Source of the DNA: Clostridia bacterium
GTDB lineage: Bacteria > Bacillota > Clostridia > Christensenellales > CAG-138
DNA length: 64,000 nt
Assembly (NCBI GenBank): GCA_017545535.1
Contig: JAFWMS010000033.1
Span: 107,981 to 171,980, forward strand
Direction of reading: 5' to 3'
Made by a program: the position numbers and the translations under genes. Under the pieces are notes generated by a model, which did not search any database, had not been told where the DNA came from, and saw only the letters and a program-made list of their open reading frames with translations. Below, in pieces: positions 46,814 through 55,536 of this stretch; position 1 is the stretch's first letter; the number at the start of each line of letters is the position of its first letter.

Positions 46814-47305
46814 ATGGCGAACCTCATCACCATCCTCCGCATCCTGGCCAGCGCGGCGCTGCTCTTCTGTCCGGCGCTTTCGCCGGCTTTTTTTGCGATG
46901 TACATCTTCGCCGGGATCACGGACGCGCTGGACGGATTTGTGGCGCGAAGGACCGGCACCGTCAGCGACCTTGGGGCGAAGCTGGACACCATAGCGGATT
47001 TTGCCCTGGCAGCGGTCTGCCTCTGTAAGCTTTTGCCGATCCTGGACCTTCCCGGGTGGCTATATGGCTGGATCGCCTTCATCGCCCTGATAAAGGTCGT
47101 AAACATCGTGTCCGGATATGTGGTAAAGAAGGGGTTCGTATCGCTCCATACCCCCATGAACAAAGCGACAGGCGCTTTGCTGTTTCTCCTGCCGCTGACG
47201 TTGTCCTGTATTGAATTGAAATACACGGCCATACCCCTATGTGCCGCCGCCACTTTCGCCGCTATCCAGGAAGGTCACTTTATCCGAACGGGGCGCGGGG
47301 AATAA
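46814..47305 (+). CDS. CDP-alcohol phosphatidyltransferase family protein
   Basis: Signature D-G-x2-A-R-x8-G-x3-D-x3-D present as DALDGFVARRTGTVSDLGAKLDTIAD. 163 aa polytopic. Confidence 0.75.
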   Translation: MANLITILRILASAALLFCPALSPAFFAMYIFAGITDALDGFVARRTGTVSDLGAKLDTIADFALAAVCLCKLLPILDLPGWLYGWIAFIALIKVVNIVSGYVVKKGFVSLHTPMNKATGALLFLLPLTLSCIELKYTAIPLCAAATFAAIQEGHFIRTGRGE

Positions 47306-47327
47306 AAGGACTTTTATCTAACGAATG

Positions 47328-47981
47328 CTACGCGATTCCGAACCCAGCGATATCGCTGACGGGCAGGGAGAAGGTGATGGCGCCGGCCTTGGTATCAGGG
47401 CCGGCTTTTTCGATGATGGTTTTCATGATGGCGGCCTTTTGATCGGCGGCAGAGACGATGAGGACGACCTCCTTCTCCGAAGCGATGGAGACCTTGTAGA
47501 ACTTCTCCGCATTCTTGCTGCCGGTGCCGAGACCGTGGACCACCGTGCCGCCCCGAGCTCCGGCGGAGCGGGCCGCGTCCATGACCTGGTCTGTGGCGCC
47601 CTGGTTGGCGATGACCAGGATGAGCTCGTAGTCATAATTGAGGGTGGGCGTTCCCTTCACGTTTTGCCCGTTGGATAAGAATGCCAATGTCTTGCTGCCT
47701 CCTACACTTTTGATGGGTACGCTGATGGTCACGCCGTTGCCGGGGGCGTCGATATACAGCCGTTTGCGCTGCTCCTCGATAAGTTTTTTCGATTGATCAG
47801 GGCTGGCCACGGTCATGAACAGCCGACGATCCCGGGATTCCATGCCTAAAAGATCCAGCATGGACCGGGTGGCCGTGCCTTTACAAGGGGTGGATAAGAC
47901 GATGGGCAGGTTCAGCTCTTCGCAGATCTTTTTCATGATATTGGCCCCATAGGGGTTGATGACGGAGAACACGTAGTTCAT
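47328..47981 (-). CDS. Tandem P-II-like (GlnB superfamily-like) protein
   Basis: 217 aa. The second half (ELILVIANQGATDQVMDAARSAGARGGTVVHGLGTG...VVLIVSAADQKAAIMKTI) looks P-II-like, the first half is a weaker repeat. ATG 47981 overlaps the DUF1538 stop (ATGA). Confidence 0.6.
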   Translation of the reverse strand: MNYVFSVINPYGANIMKKICEELNLPIVLSTPCKGTATRSMLDLLGMESRDRRLFMTVASPDQSKKLIEEQRKRLYIDAPGNGVTISVPIKSVGGSKTLAFLSNGQNVKGTPTLNYDYELILVIANQGATDQVMDAARSAGARGGTVVHGLGTGSKNAEKFYKVSIASEKEVVLIVSAADQKAAIMKTIIEKAGPDTKAGAITFSLPVSDIAGFGIA

Positions 47982-49510
47982 GCGGCTGCCTCCCACAGTT
48001 CGATGATGTCCGCCTCGCCATAGACCTCAGTCTGCTTAGCCGTGCGTCGTTCGGAGATGGTCGCTCGCACGCCGAGAAGCTGGATGGTGATGAGGGGCAT
48101 CATGGCCACCATAGCCACGATACCAAAGGCGTCGGAGAGCACGTTGCCGCCCAAGGCGCTGCTGGCGCCGATCATGAACTGGAGCATAAAGGCGGCGGTC
48201 ATGGGCCCGGAGGCTACGCCGCCCGCGTCAAAGGCGATGGCGGTGTACATGTCCGGCACGACGAAGGAAAGGCCCAGGCTCAGCACATAGCCGGGGATCA
48301 AGAAATAGAGGAGCGAAAGCCCCGTCAGCACCCGCAGCATGGACACGCCCATGGCGAGAGCGATGGCCACCGACAGCCCCAGTTTGATGGATCGGCCCGA
48401 GATAGCCCCGGAGCTCACCTGCTCGATCTGCTTTTGCAGCACCAGCACCGCGGGCTCCGCGGAGATGATGAACCAGCCCAGAAGCATGGCCAGGGGCACC
48501 AGCGCATACCGCAAAGCCCCCTGCGTCAGCGCCGCGCCCAAGACGCTGCCCAGAGAGGCGAAGCCCACGTTCACCCCAGTCAAAAACAGCACCAGCCCGA
48601 GATAGGTGAACCCAATGCCCATCACGATCTTCCAGAAGTTCCTGCCGTTCATGCGGAAGGAAACGACCTGGAACAATAGGAAGATGCACAGGATGGGCAG
48701 CAGGGCCACGGCGGTCTCCTTAAGGTAATCAGGCAAAGCGAATAGGTACGAATACCCCAGCTCCGTAGTGGTCTCGTGGGCGGCCGCAGCGGTGGAAACG
48801 GCCCCCTCGCCCTGACCGTAAAAAAGGCTCAGCACCAATACCGCCAGGATGGGCCCAACGGAGCACAGCGACACCAGGCCAAAGCTGTCCGACTCCGCAT
48901 TGCTGTCGCTGCGGATATGGCTGACGCCTACGCCCATGGCCAGGATGAAGGGCACGGTCATGGGTCCGGTGGTCACGCCGCCGGAGTCGAAGGCCACGGA
49001 GAGGAAGCTTCTATCCACAAACGCACAAAGAATAAAGATAAGACCATATAGCCCCAGCAATAGATACCGGAGCTTGACACCGGTGATGATGCGGAGCATG
49101 GCGAGGGATAGAAACAGCCCCACGCCCACGCCCACCACGACGAGAAGTACCACGGTCTGGATGTGGGGCACAGAGTTGGCCAAAACCTGCAGATCGGGCT
49201 CAGAGACGGTGACCGCCACACCTAACAGAAAGCTGATTATCAATATAAGGGGCAGATTTTTGGACTTGGTCAGGGTAGAGCCGATCCTGCCTCCGATGGG
49301 GGTCATGGAGCTTTCCGCGCCCACGGTAAAGAGGCCCATGCCCGCCACCACGAACAACGAGCCTACCAAAAAGGACAGCATATGCCCTGTGGGCAGCGGC
49401 GTCACGAACAGGCACAGCAAACACACGATGCAGAGGATAGGCAGCACCGACGTGATGCTTTCCTGCACCTTGCCCGCGATCATGGCCCGTTGTTTGTTAA
49501 ACTCATTCAT
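47978..49510 (-). CDS. DUF1538 family integral membrane protein (two fused DUF1538 repeats)
   Basis: About 510 aa from ATG 49510. VQESITSVLPILCIVCLL...GMGLFTVGAESSMTPIGGRIG in the first half, echoed by LKETAVALLPILCIFLL...GLVLFLTGVNVGF... in the second. The track ORF has a spurious 45-codon extension. Confidence 0.7.
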   Translation of the reverse strand: MNEFNKQRAMIAGKVQESITSVLPILCIVCLLCLFVTPLPTGHMLSFLVGSLFVVAGMGLFTVGAESSMTPIGGRIGSTLTKSKNLPLILIISFLLGVAVTVSEPDLQVLANSVPHIQTVVLLVVVGVGVGLFLSLAMLRIITGVKLRYLLLGLYGLIFILCAFVDRSFLSVAFDSGGVTTGPMTVPFILAMGVGVSHIRSDSNAESDSFGLVSLCSVGPILAVLVLSLFYGQGEGAVSTAAAAHETTTELGYSYLFALPDYLKETAVALLPILCIFLLFQVVSFRMNGRNFWKIVMGIGFTYLGLVLFLTGVNVGFASLGSVLGAALTQGALRYALVPLAMLLGWFIISAEPAVLVLQKQIEQVSSGAISGRSIKLGLSVAIALAMGVSMLRVLTGLSLLYFLIPGYVLSLGLSFVVPDMYTAIAFDAGGVASGPMTAAFMLQFMIGASSALGGNVLSDAFGIVAMVAMMPLITIQLLGVRATISERRTAKQTEVYGEADIIELWEAAA

Positions 49511-49635
49511 ATTATCATTAATATACCATATGGACCGCAAAAAGGAAAGCCAGTGGAATGTGAACAGATTTTTATTGTTGCGCTGGGGGGATTCGCTATG
49601 TATAATAGGGAAGAATCTGTTTTCAGAGGTGCGTT

Positions 49636-50661
49636 TTGAAGACAAGCGACTTTTACTACGACCTGCCCAAGGAGCTGATCGCTCAGACGCCGGCGCCGGT
49701 GCGGAGCGAGTCCAGGCTATTGATCTATAACCGGGGCGATGGGTCCATCACCGACGGCGTTTTTACGGATATTATCGATCATCTCCATCCAGGGGACGTG
49801 CTGGTGCGGAACAACACCCGGGTCATCCCTGCTCGGTTGATCGGCCACAGGCCCGAGACCGGGGGCACCATGGAGTTTTTGCTGTTGAGCCGGCTGGAAG
49901 GCGACACCTGGGAGTGCCTTTGCAAGCCCGCTAAAAGGGCCAAGGTGGGCACGGTCTACGAGGTAACGCCTGAGCTCTCCGTGAGAGTTTTGGGGGACGC
50001 CCCCATGGATGGGGGGAAGCGGGTGGAACTCCTGTATGACGGCATCTTCGAGGAGGTGCTGGATCGGGCGGGGCAGATGCCTCTGCCGCCCTACATCACG
50101 GAGCGCCTGGCGGATAAGGAGCGGTATCAAACCGTCTATGCCGTGACCCGAGGCAGCGCCGCCGCCCCCACGGCGGGACTCCATTTCACTCAGGAGCTGT
50201 TACAGCAGATTACGGACAAGGGCGTGAAGATCGTGGACGTGCTGCTGCACGTGGGTCTGGGCACCTTCCGCCCGGTGAGCGAGGAGAACATCGAGGATCA
50301 CCAGATGCATGAGGAGTTTTATCGGGTGACGGAGGAAGCCGCAAAGGCCATCAACGACGCCCGCTCCGCCGGCGGCCGCATCGTCTGCGTGGGCACCACC
50401 TCCGTACGCACGTTGGAGAGCGTCTCCACCGACGACGGCGTGGTTCACCCTGGCAGCGGCTATACCGGCATCTACATCACCCCCGGCTACCGCTACAAGG
50501 CCGTGGATGCCCTCATCACCAACTTTCACCTGCCGGAGAGCACACTGTTGATGTTGGTTTCCGCCTTCGCGGGCCGGGAGGAGGTCCTGCGGGTCTATGC
50601 TCACGCCGTGGAGGAGCGCTACCGTTTCTTCAGCTTCGGGGACGCGTGCTTGTTTGAATAA
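49636..50661 (+). CDS. queA: S-adenosylmethionine:tRNA ribosyltransferase-isomerase
   Basis: MKTSDFYYDLPKELIAQTP...RSESRLL...PLPPYI...TAGLHFT...GTTSVRTLES, canonical QueA. TTG start. Confidence 0.95.
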   Translation: MKTSDFYYDLPKELIAQTPAPVRSESRLLIYNRGDGSITDGVFTDIIDHLHPGDVLVRNNTRVIPARLIGHRPETGGTMEFLLLSRLEGDTWECLCKPAKRAKVGTVYEVTPELSVRVLGDAPMDGGKRVELLYDGIFEEVLDRAGQMPLPPYITERLADKERYQTVYAVTRGSAAAPTAGLHFTQELLQQITDKGVKIVDVLLHVGLGTFRPVSEENIEDHQMHEEFYRVTEEAAKAINDARSAGGRIVCVGTTSVRTLESVSTDDGVVHPGSGYTGIYITPGYRYKAVDALITNFHLPESTLLMLVSAFAGREEVLRVYAHAVEERYRFFSFGDACLFE

Positions 50662-50672
50662 AAGGATAGGAT

Positions 50673-51788
50673 ATGAACGAGAATTTCAAGTTTGAAGTGC
50701 TGCATGTGGACAAGCAGACCGGGGCTCGCCTGGGTCGCCTCCACACCCCCCACGGAGACATCGAAACCCCGGTATATATGCCCGTGGGCACTCAGGCCAC
50801 GGTGAAGGCCATGACGCCTCGGGACGTGGAGGAGACGGGGGCGTCTATCCTCCTGTCCAACACGTACCACCTGTATCTGCGTCCTGGCCATCGGCTGGTG
50901 GAGCAGGCGGGGGGGCTTCACAAGTTCATGCACTGGAAAAAGCCCATCCTTACGGACAGCGGCGGTTTCCAGGTCTTTTCCCTGGCCAAGAAGGGGGATA
51001 TCCACGAGGACGGCGTCCTGTTCCGCTCCCATATCGACGGCAGCAAGCACCTGTTTACGCCGGAGAGCGTCATGGCCGTGGAGCAGGCCCTGGGCGCGGA
51101 TATCGCTATGTGCTTCGACGAGTGCGCGCCCGGTACGGCAGACTACCGCTACGCCGTGAAGGCCATGGACCGGACCCACCGCTGGGCGGAGCGCTGCCGG
51201 GAGGTCCATACCCGGCCCGACCAAGCCCTCTTCGGCATCGTTCAGGGCTGTGTCTATGAAGATCTGCGCATCGAGAGCGCCAAGACCTTGGCGGCCATGG
51301 ATTTCCCCGGCTATGGCATCGGCGGCCTCTCCGTGGGTGAGCCTAAGGAAAAGATGTACGAGATGCTGGACGCCATCCGGCCCTACATGCCGGAGAACAA
51401 ACCCCGGTATTTGATGGGCGTGGGCAGCCCCGACTGCCTCATCGAGGGGGTGCTGCGGGGCGTGGACATGTTCGACTGCGTACTCCAGACCCGGGCGGCC
51501 CGCAACGGTCTCGCCCTCACCCGAAAGGGGCGGATCATGCTCAGGAACCAGACCTATGCCGAGGACTTCTCGCCCATCGAGGAAGGGTGCGACTGCTACG
51601 CCTGCCAAAACTTTTCCAGGGCTTACATCCGCCACCTCATCAAGGCGGAGGAGATCCTCTCCGGCACCCTCATCACCATGCATAACATCCGCTTCTCCGT
51701 GCGGCTCATGGCGGATATCCGCCGAGCCATCGCGGAGGACCGGTTCGGCGACTTTGCAAGGGAGCTTTTGGAGGTTAAGCTGTTCTGA
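50673..51788 (+). CDS. tgt: Queuine tRNA-ribosyltransferase
   Basis: 371 aa, [23 protein letters not shown]...TDSGGFQV...GIGGLSVGE...CDCYAC zinc site. Confidence 0.95.
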   Translation: MNENFKFEVLHVDKQTGARLGRLHTPHGDIETPVYMPVGTQATVKAMTPRDVEETGASILLSNTYHLYLRPGHRLVEQAGGLHKFMHWKKPILTDSGGFQVFSLAKKGDIHEDGVLFRSHIDGSKHLFTPESVMAVEQALGADIAMCFDECAPGTADYRYAVKAMDRTHRWAERCREVHTRPDQALFGIVQGCVYEDLRIESAKTLAAMDFPGYGIGGLSVGEPKEKMYEMLDAIRPYMPENKPRYLMGVGSPDCLIEGVLRGVDMFDCVLQTRAARNGLALTRKGRIMLRNQTYAEDFSPIEEGCDCYACQNFSRAYIRHLIKAEEILSGTLITMHNIRFSVRLMADIRRAIAEDRFGDFARELLEVKLF

Positions 51789-52237
51789 TGGAACGCACGC
51801 TGATGTTGAAAACGGAACCAGAGATGGAAGCCTTGGGGGAGCGCATCGCCCGTGCCCTGCCGCTTGGGGGCTTTGTGGCCCTCTACGGCGACCTGGGGGC
51901 GGGGAAGACCGTCCTCTGCCGGGGCGCGGGACGGGCCCTGTGCCTCGATCAATTGAGCAGCCCCACCTTCACCATCGTCCAGGAGTATCCCACGGCGCCG
52001 CCCCTCTTTCATTTTGACGCTTACCGGCTGGCGGACGAGGACGAGCTCTATGCCATGGGCTATGAGGACTATTTGGACCGGGGCGGCCTTATCCTGATGG
52101 AATGGGCGGACCGGGTGCCGAGCGCCCTGCCAAGGGCGCGGCTGGACGTCGAGATCGTGGGCAGCGGCGCGGATCCTCGCCGGGTGCGGCTGATGCCTCA
52201 CGGTGAAGACTACGAAGGGTTGGTGAAGGCACTATGA
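51788..52237 (+). CDS. tsaE: tRNA t6A37 biosynthesis ATPase TsaE
   Basis: Walker A-like LYGDLGAGKT, SPTF(T)IVQEY, HFDAYRL motifs. Confidence 0.85.
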   Translation: MERTLMLKTEPEMEALGERIARALPLGGFVALYGDLGAGKTVLCRGAGRALCLDQLSSPTFTIVQEYPTAPPLFHFDAYRLADEDELYAMGYEDYLDRGGLILMEWADRVPSALPRARLDVEIVGSGADPRRVRLMPHGEDYEGLVKAL

Positions 52238-52836
52238 ACATTCTTGCCCTGGAAACCACGGATAAGGTGGCCTCCGTGGCCCTGCTGACGGACGATGGCT
52301 GCCGCCAACTGCGGATCGAAAGCCCCCTCCGGCATGAGGAGACCGTCATGCCGGCGGTGGATGAGCTGCTTTCCGTGGCGGGTCTTTCCCCGGCCGACCT
52401 CGCCGCCCTGGCCGTGGACGTTGGCCCAGGCTCCTTCACAGGGGTCCGCATCGGGGTCTGTCACGGCAATGCCATGGCCCTGGCCCTGGGGGTGCCCGTG
52501 GTGTCCGTAAATGCTCTGGAGGCTCTGGCCTGGCCCCTGCTGGGCGGTTCCCGGCCCGTGGCGGCCATTATCGACGCCCGCAACGGCAACGGCTATGGGG
52601 CGCTCTATGGGCCCGACGGCGCCGTTCTGCTGCCGCCATGCGCCATTGAGATAGAACCCTTTTTGCAGTCCCTTCCGAAGGATGCTCTGTTGACCGGCAC
52701 CGGCTTTTCCGAGGCGGACGGGGCCCTGCCCCTGGCGGAGAGCATCGCCCGGATAGCGGCCCGGCGGGTGGGGGAGAAGGCGGCTCAGCCCCTGTATCTG
52801 CGGCCTTCCCAAGCAGAAAGGAAGCAAAAGGCATGA
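52234..52836 (+). CDS. tsaB: tRNA t6A37 biosynthesis protein TsaB
   Basis: MNILALETT....VALL..., VDVGPGSFTGVRIGV motif. ATGA overlap with tsaE. Confidence 0.85.
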   Translation: MNILALETTDKVASVALLTDDGCRQLRIESPLRHEETVMPAVDELLSVAGLSPADLAALAVDVGPGSFTGVRIGVCHGNAMALALGVPVVSVNALEALAWPLLGGSRPVAAIIDARNGNGYGALYGPDGAVLLPPCAIEIEPFLQSLPKDALLTGTGFSEADGALPLAESIARIAARRVGEKAAQPLYLRPSQAERKQKA

Positions 52837-53324
52837 TGATCGTGCGGCCCATGACCAAGCGGGACATCGCCCGGGTCTATGAGATCGAGGTACAGAGCTT
52901 TCGCACCCCCTGGTCCAAGCTCTCCCTGCTGGGGGAGCTGCACAACGATGTGGCCCACTATTGCGTGGCGGCGGAGGAGGGCCGCGTCATCGGGTATGCC
53001 GGCATGTGGGTTCTGTTCGATGAGGCCCATATCACCAACGTGGCCATCGCGCCGGAGCGGCGGGGGGAGCACCTGGGCCGATACCTCTTTTATGGCATGA
53101 TGGAGAAGGCCCTCCAGTATGGGGCGGACAAGATGACCTTAGAGGTACGGGAGACCAATGTGCGGGCCCAGAACCTCTATTACAGCTTCGATTTTGAAAA
53201 GCAGGGCTTTCGCAAGCGGTACTATGAGGACACGGGGGAGGGGGCTCTGCTGCTGTGGAACCAGGATCTTCAGGCCACCGTGGAGAAAAATGCTTGCCTA
53301 AAACCCAAATTCATCTTACAATAG
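52833..53324 (+). CDS. rimI: Ribosomal-protein-alanine N-acetyltransferase
   Basis: GNAT fold, EIEVQSF..PWS, ITNVAIAPERRGEHLGRYL, LEVRETNVRAQNLY. Conserved tsaE-tsaB-rimI order. Confidence 0.85.
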   Translation: MMIVRPMTKRDIARVYEIEVQSFRTPWSKLSLLGELHNDVAHYCVAAEEGRVIGYAGMWVLFDEAHITNVAIAPERRGEHLGRYLFYGMMEKALQYGADKMTLEVRETNVRAQNLYYSFDFEKQGFRKRYYEDTGEGALLLWNQDLQATVEKNACLKPKFILQ

Positions 53325-53351
53325 GTCAAACGAAAAAGGGGAGAGAATGAT

Positions 53352-53858
53352 ATGAGTTTATACAGCGATTGGAAAGCACGGGCGGAGAATCTTGAGAGCG
53401 ACGCCGCCTATCAGCAGTATTGGAGCAACTACTTTTCTCAGGAGACCGAGGTATATAAGAAAGTCCTGCAAAATCATGACAAGCCCCTCGCCGGAACGGT
53501 GAAGGATCTTAGCGAGCAGGTGGGTATGGACCCCGTGGCCTTCATGGGATATCTTGACGGGGCCAACACCTCTTTCGCCGATGGCGAAAAGGATCTGGAG
53601 GCGTTGACCGAGGAGAGCGAGGTCACCCTGAATTTCGACTTTGAGAAGCTCTTCTTCAACATGCACGAAGCCAAGGCCGACTGGCTCTTCAATCTGCCGG
53701 AGTGGAAAGACGTTCTTTCCGAGGAGAAGCGGCACGAGATCACCAAGGCCTATCGGGCGTCCAAGATCTTCGTGGCTCCCGTCCAGGTGGGCCGCAACGA
53801 TCCCTGCCCCTGCGGCAGCGGAAAGAAGTATAAGAACTGCTGCGGCAAAAACAAATAA
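53352..53858 (+). CDS. SEC-C metal-binding domain protein
   Basis: C-terminal [22 protein letters not shown] (SEC-C zinc motif). Remainder unassigned. Confidence 0.7.
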   Translation: MSLYSDWKARAENLESDAAYQQYWSNYFSQETEVYKKVLQNHDKPLAGTVKDLSEQVGMDPVAFMGYLDGANTSFADGEKDLEALTEESEVTLNFDFEKLFFNMHEAKADWLFNLPEWKDVLSEEKRHEITKAYRASKIFVAPVQVGRNDPCPCGSGKKYKNCCGKNK

Positions 53859-53891
53859 GAACAGGAGGGGGACCACTGCGGCCTCCCTTGA

Positions 53892-54725
53892 TGTTTCTAT
53901 CTGCGGAACGGGCAGGGGGATATAGTCAAGCTCATTGACGGGACAGGCGCGGCTAAGGTAGAATACAGTTATGACAGCTGGGGGAAGAAGCTCAGCTGCA
54001 CAGGCACCTTGGCAACCACATTGGGGAAGCTGAACCCCTTCCGCTACCGGGGCTACGTTTACGACGAGGAGACAGGCTTCTACTACCTGAAGTCCCGTTA
54101 CTACGACCCAGAGACCTGCCGATTTATCTCCGCGGATGTCTACTTGTCCACCGGCCAGGGCGTCTTGGGACATAACTGTTATGCATATTGTCTCAATAAT
54201 CCGATTAATAGAATAGATGAAGGAGGAAATGTTACATATCTAATTATTCCTGATTTTGGTGGCGATTATGATCCATCAAAAGAAGGCTTTAGAGATGCAT
54301 TTAGGGCGTTTAGCGCAGATGTCGAAAAAGCAGTTACAGTGAATGTAACAAACCAGGGTGGTATTACTATTAGTATTAATTTGAATGAATGTGCATCCTC
54401 CTTACATAACATGACACAGGCTGCTGATCTAGATTACTCGTGTCACATTATTGAAGATGAGATTCATAGACAACTAGACAACAAAGGAATCTATTATACC
54501 CCTTCTTATAGGGGAGACAATCAGGATACATATAAGGCAATCAAAAAAGGAGTAAAAAAATACTTACAATGGTGCTATCCAAAGCAATACCCTTTAACTT
54601 TGGGATGGCTTTCTTATCACATTAATCATAAAAACCGCAAAGAAATTTGGGAGGAAGAACAAACTAAATACAAAACAAAGTATCACTATTTGAGAATAGA
54701 GAAGCAACAAGATGAACTGAGATGA
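53892..54725 (+). pseudogene. 5'-truncated RHS/YD-repeat protein fragment: last YD repeats + core end + unassigned C-terminal (toxin-type) domain
   Basis: The frame is open from 53892, right after an in-frame TGA. It reads YLRNGQGDIVKLIDGTGAAKVEYSYDSWGKKL...LNPFRYRGYVYDEETGFYYLKSRYYDPETCRFISAD...HNCYAYCLNNPINRIDEGGN, then about 165 aa of Lys-rich AT-rich-encoded sequence. There is no ATG or Shine-Dalgarno at the 5' end and no N-terminal RHS body. Confidence 0.7.
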
Positions 54726-55215
54726 GGGAACAAAGCATGAAGAGAAATATCATACCTATAATAATTGTTATCATGTTATTGTTGATGTTCAGCATTATTA
54801 TACTGATGAACATGATTGCTATGGAAGAAGTGCCGTATAGCAGCACAGCATTCGACGAACTATATAATTTTCATACGGCTGTATTGTATGAGACAATGTT
54901 GATTGTTTATTCCATTATCCCTTGCATATATGGGATTGCAATCGCTCTTTTGGTTTTCTTGCACGTAAAGAGTAGAACAGTGCCAAAGTTCTATTCGTTG
55001 CTTGCGATAATTGTTTTTTCTTTAGTGGCTATAGGCATGAGTACTGTCACTATTGCATATTTTATGTTTTCTTTGATAGTAGTACAACTATGGATGTATA
55101 CTTCTTGGGCGATGGCAGGACTGCTCTTCCCGTTCTTTATTTCCGCTGTTTTGCATTTAAAGATAATAGCTGGTAACACAATGCGGAGGAATAGAGCGAT
55201 CAATGCCTGAAGGCT
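54176..55215. other. AT-rich (about 35-37% G+C) foreign-looking segment
   Basis: Hand counts: 21/60 G+C at 54241-54300 and 22/60 at 54781-54840, versus 40/60 at 53041-53100. The switch occurs inside the RHS core-end codons and ends at the stop of the membrane-protein gene. Confidence 0.75.
54722..55210 (+). CDS. Polytopic membrane protein, candidate immunity protein of the RHS C-terminal domain
   Basis: 162 aa, 4-5 predicted TM helices (IIPIIIVIMLLLMFSIIILMNMI; MLIVYSIIPCIYGIAIALLVFL; LLAIIVFSLVAIGMSTVTIAYFMFSLIVV; WAMAGLLFPFFISAVLHL). ATG overlaps the toxin-fragment stop (ATGA). Same AT-rich composition. Confidence 0.55.
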   Translation: MREQSMKRNIIPIIIVIMLLLMFSIIILMNMIAMEEVPYSSTAFDELYNFHTAVLYETMLIVYSIIPCIYGIAIALLVFLHVKSRTVPKFYSLLAIIVFSLVAIGMSTVTIAYFMFSLIVVQLWMYTSWAMAGLLFPFFISAVLHLKIIAGNTMRRNRAINA

Positions 55216-55254
55216 AGGGCCAAGGGGACAGGTTCTCATGACAAACTCATTTGA

Positions 55255-55536
55255 CATGCTAACCATCTCCAATTTCAGCTCCAAACATCCCAGAATGGGA
55301 GCGATAACGCGTACGCCTACGCCTACAATGACAATGGGAACATGACCTCGATCACCCAGGGGACGACTTCCGTCACCTACCAGTACAACGGCGCCAACGA
55401 GCTGATCCGTGAGAACAACGGGTTCACCAACCAGACGGTGTATTGCAACTATCTGCGTATCGTCAGAGGGATAGAAAGGGAGGAGGTTTTCAAACCGGTC
55501 GAAAAAAACTTTTTGGATTCTTCGAAAAGAAGTTGA
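55255..55536 (+). pseudogene. RHS YD-repeat remnant
   Basis: Open frame without a credible start. 55291-55440 reads QNGSDNAYAYAYNDNGNMTSITQGTTSVTYQYNGANELIRENNGFTNQTV (YxYDxxGN-type repeats) at normal GC, then runs into the tRNA promoter. Confidence 0.55.

Noticed and set aside
53352-54725. Possible SEC-C::RHS fusion protein (both ORFs are in the same reading frame)
   Set aside because: Two in-frame stops (TAA 53856-53858 and TGA 53889-53891) separate them, and the intervening 30 nt has a hairpin-like GGAGG...CCTCC element. The shared frame is coincidental.
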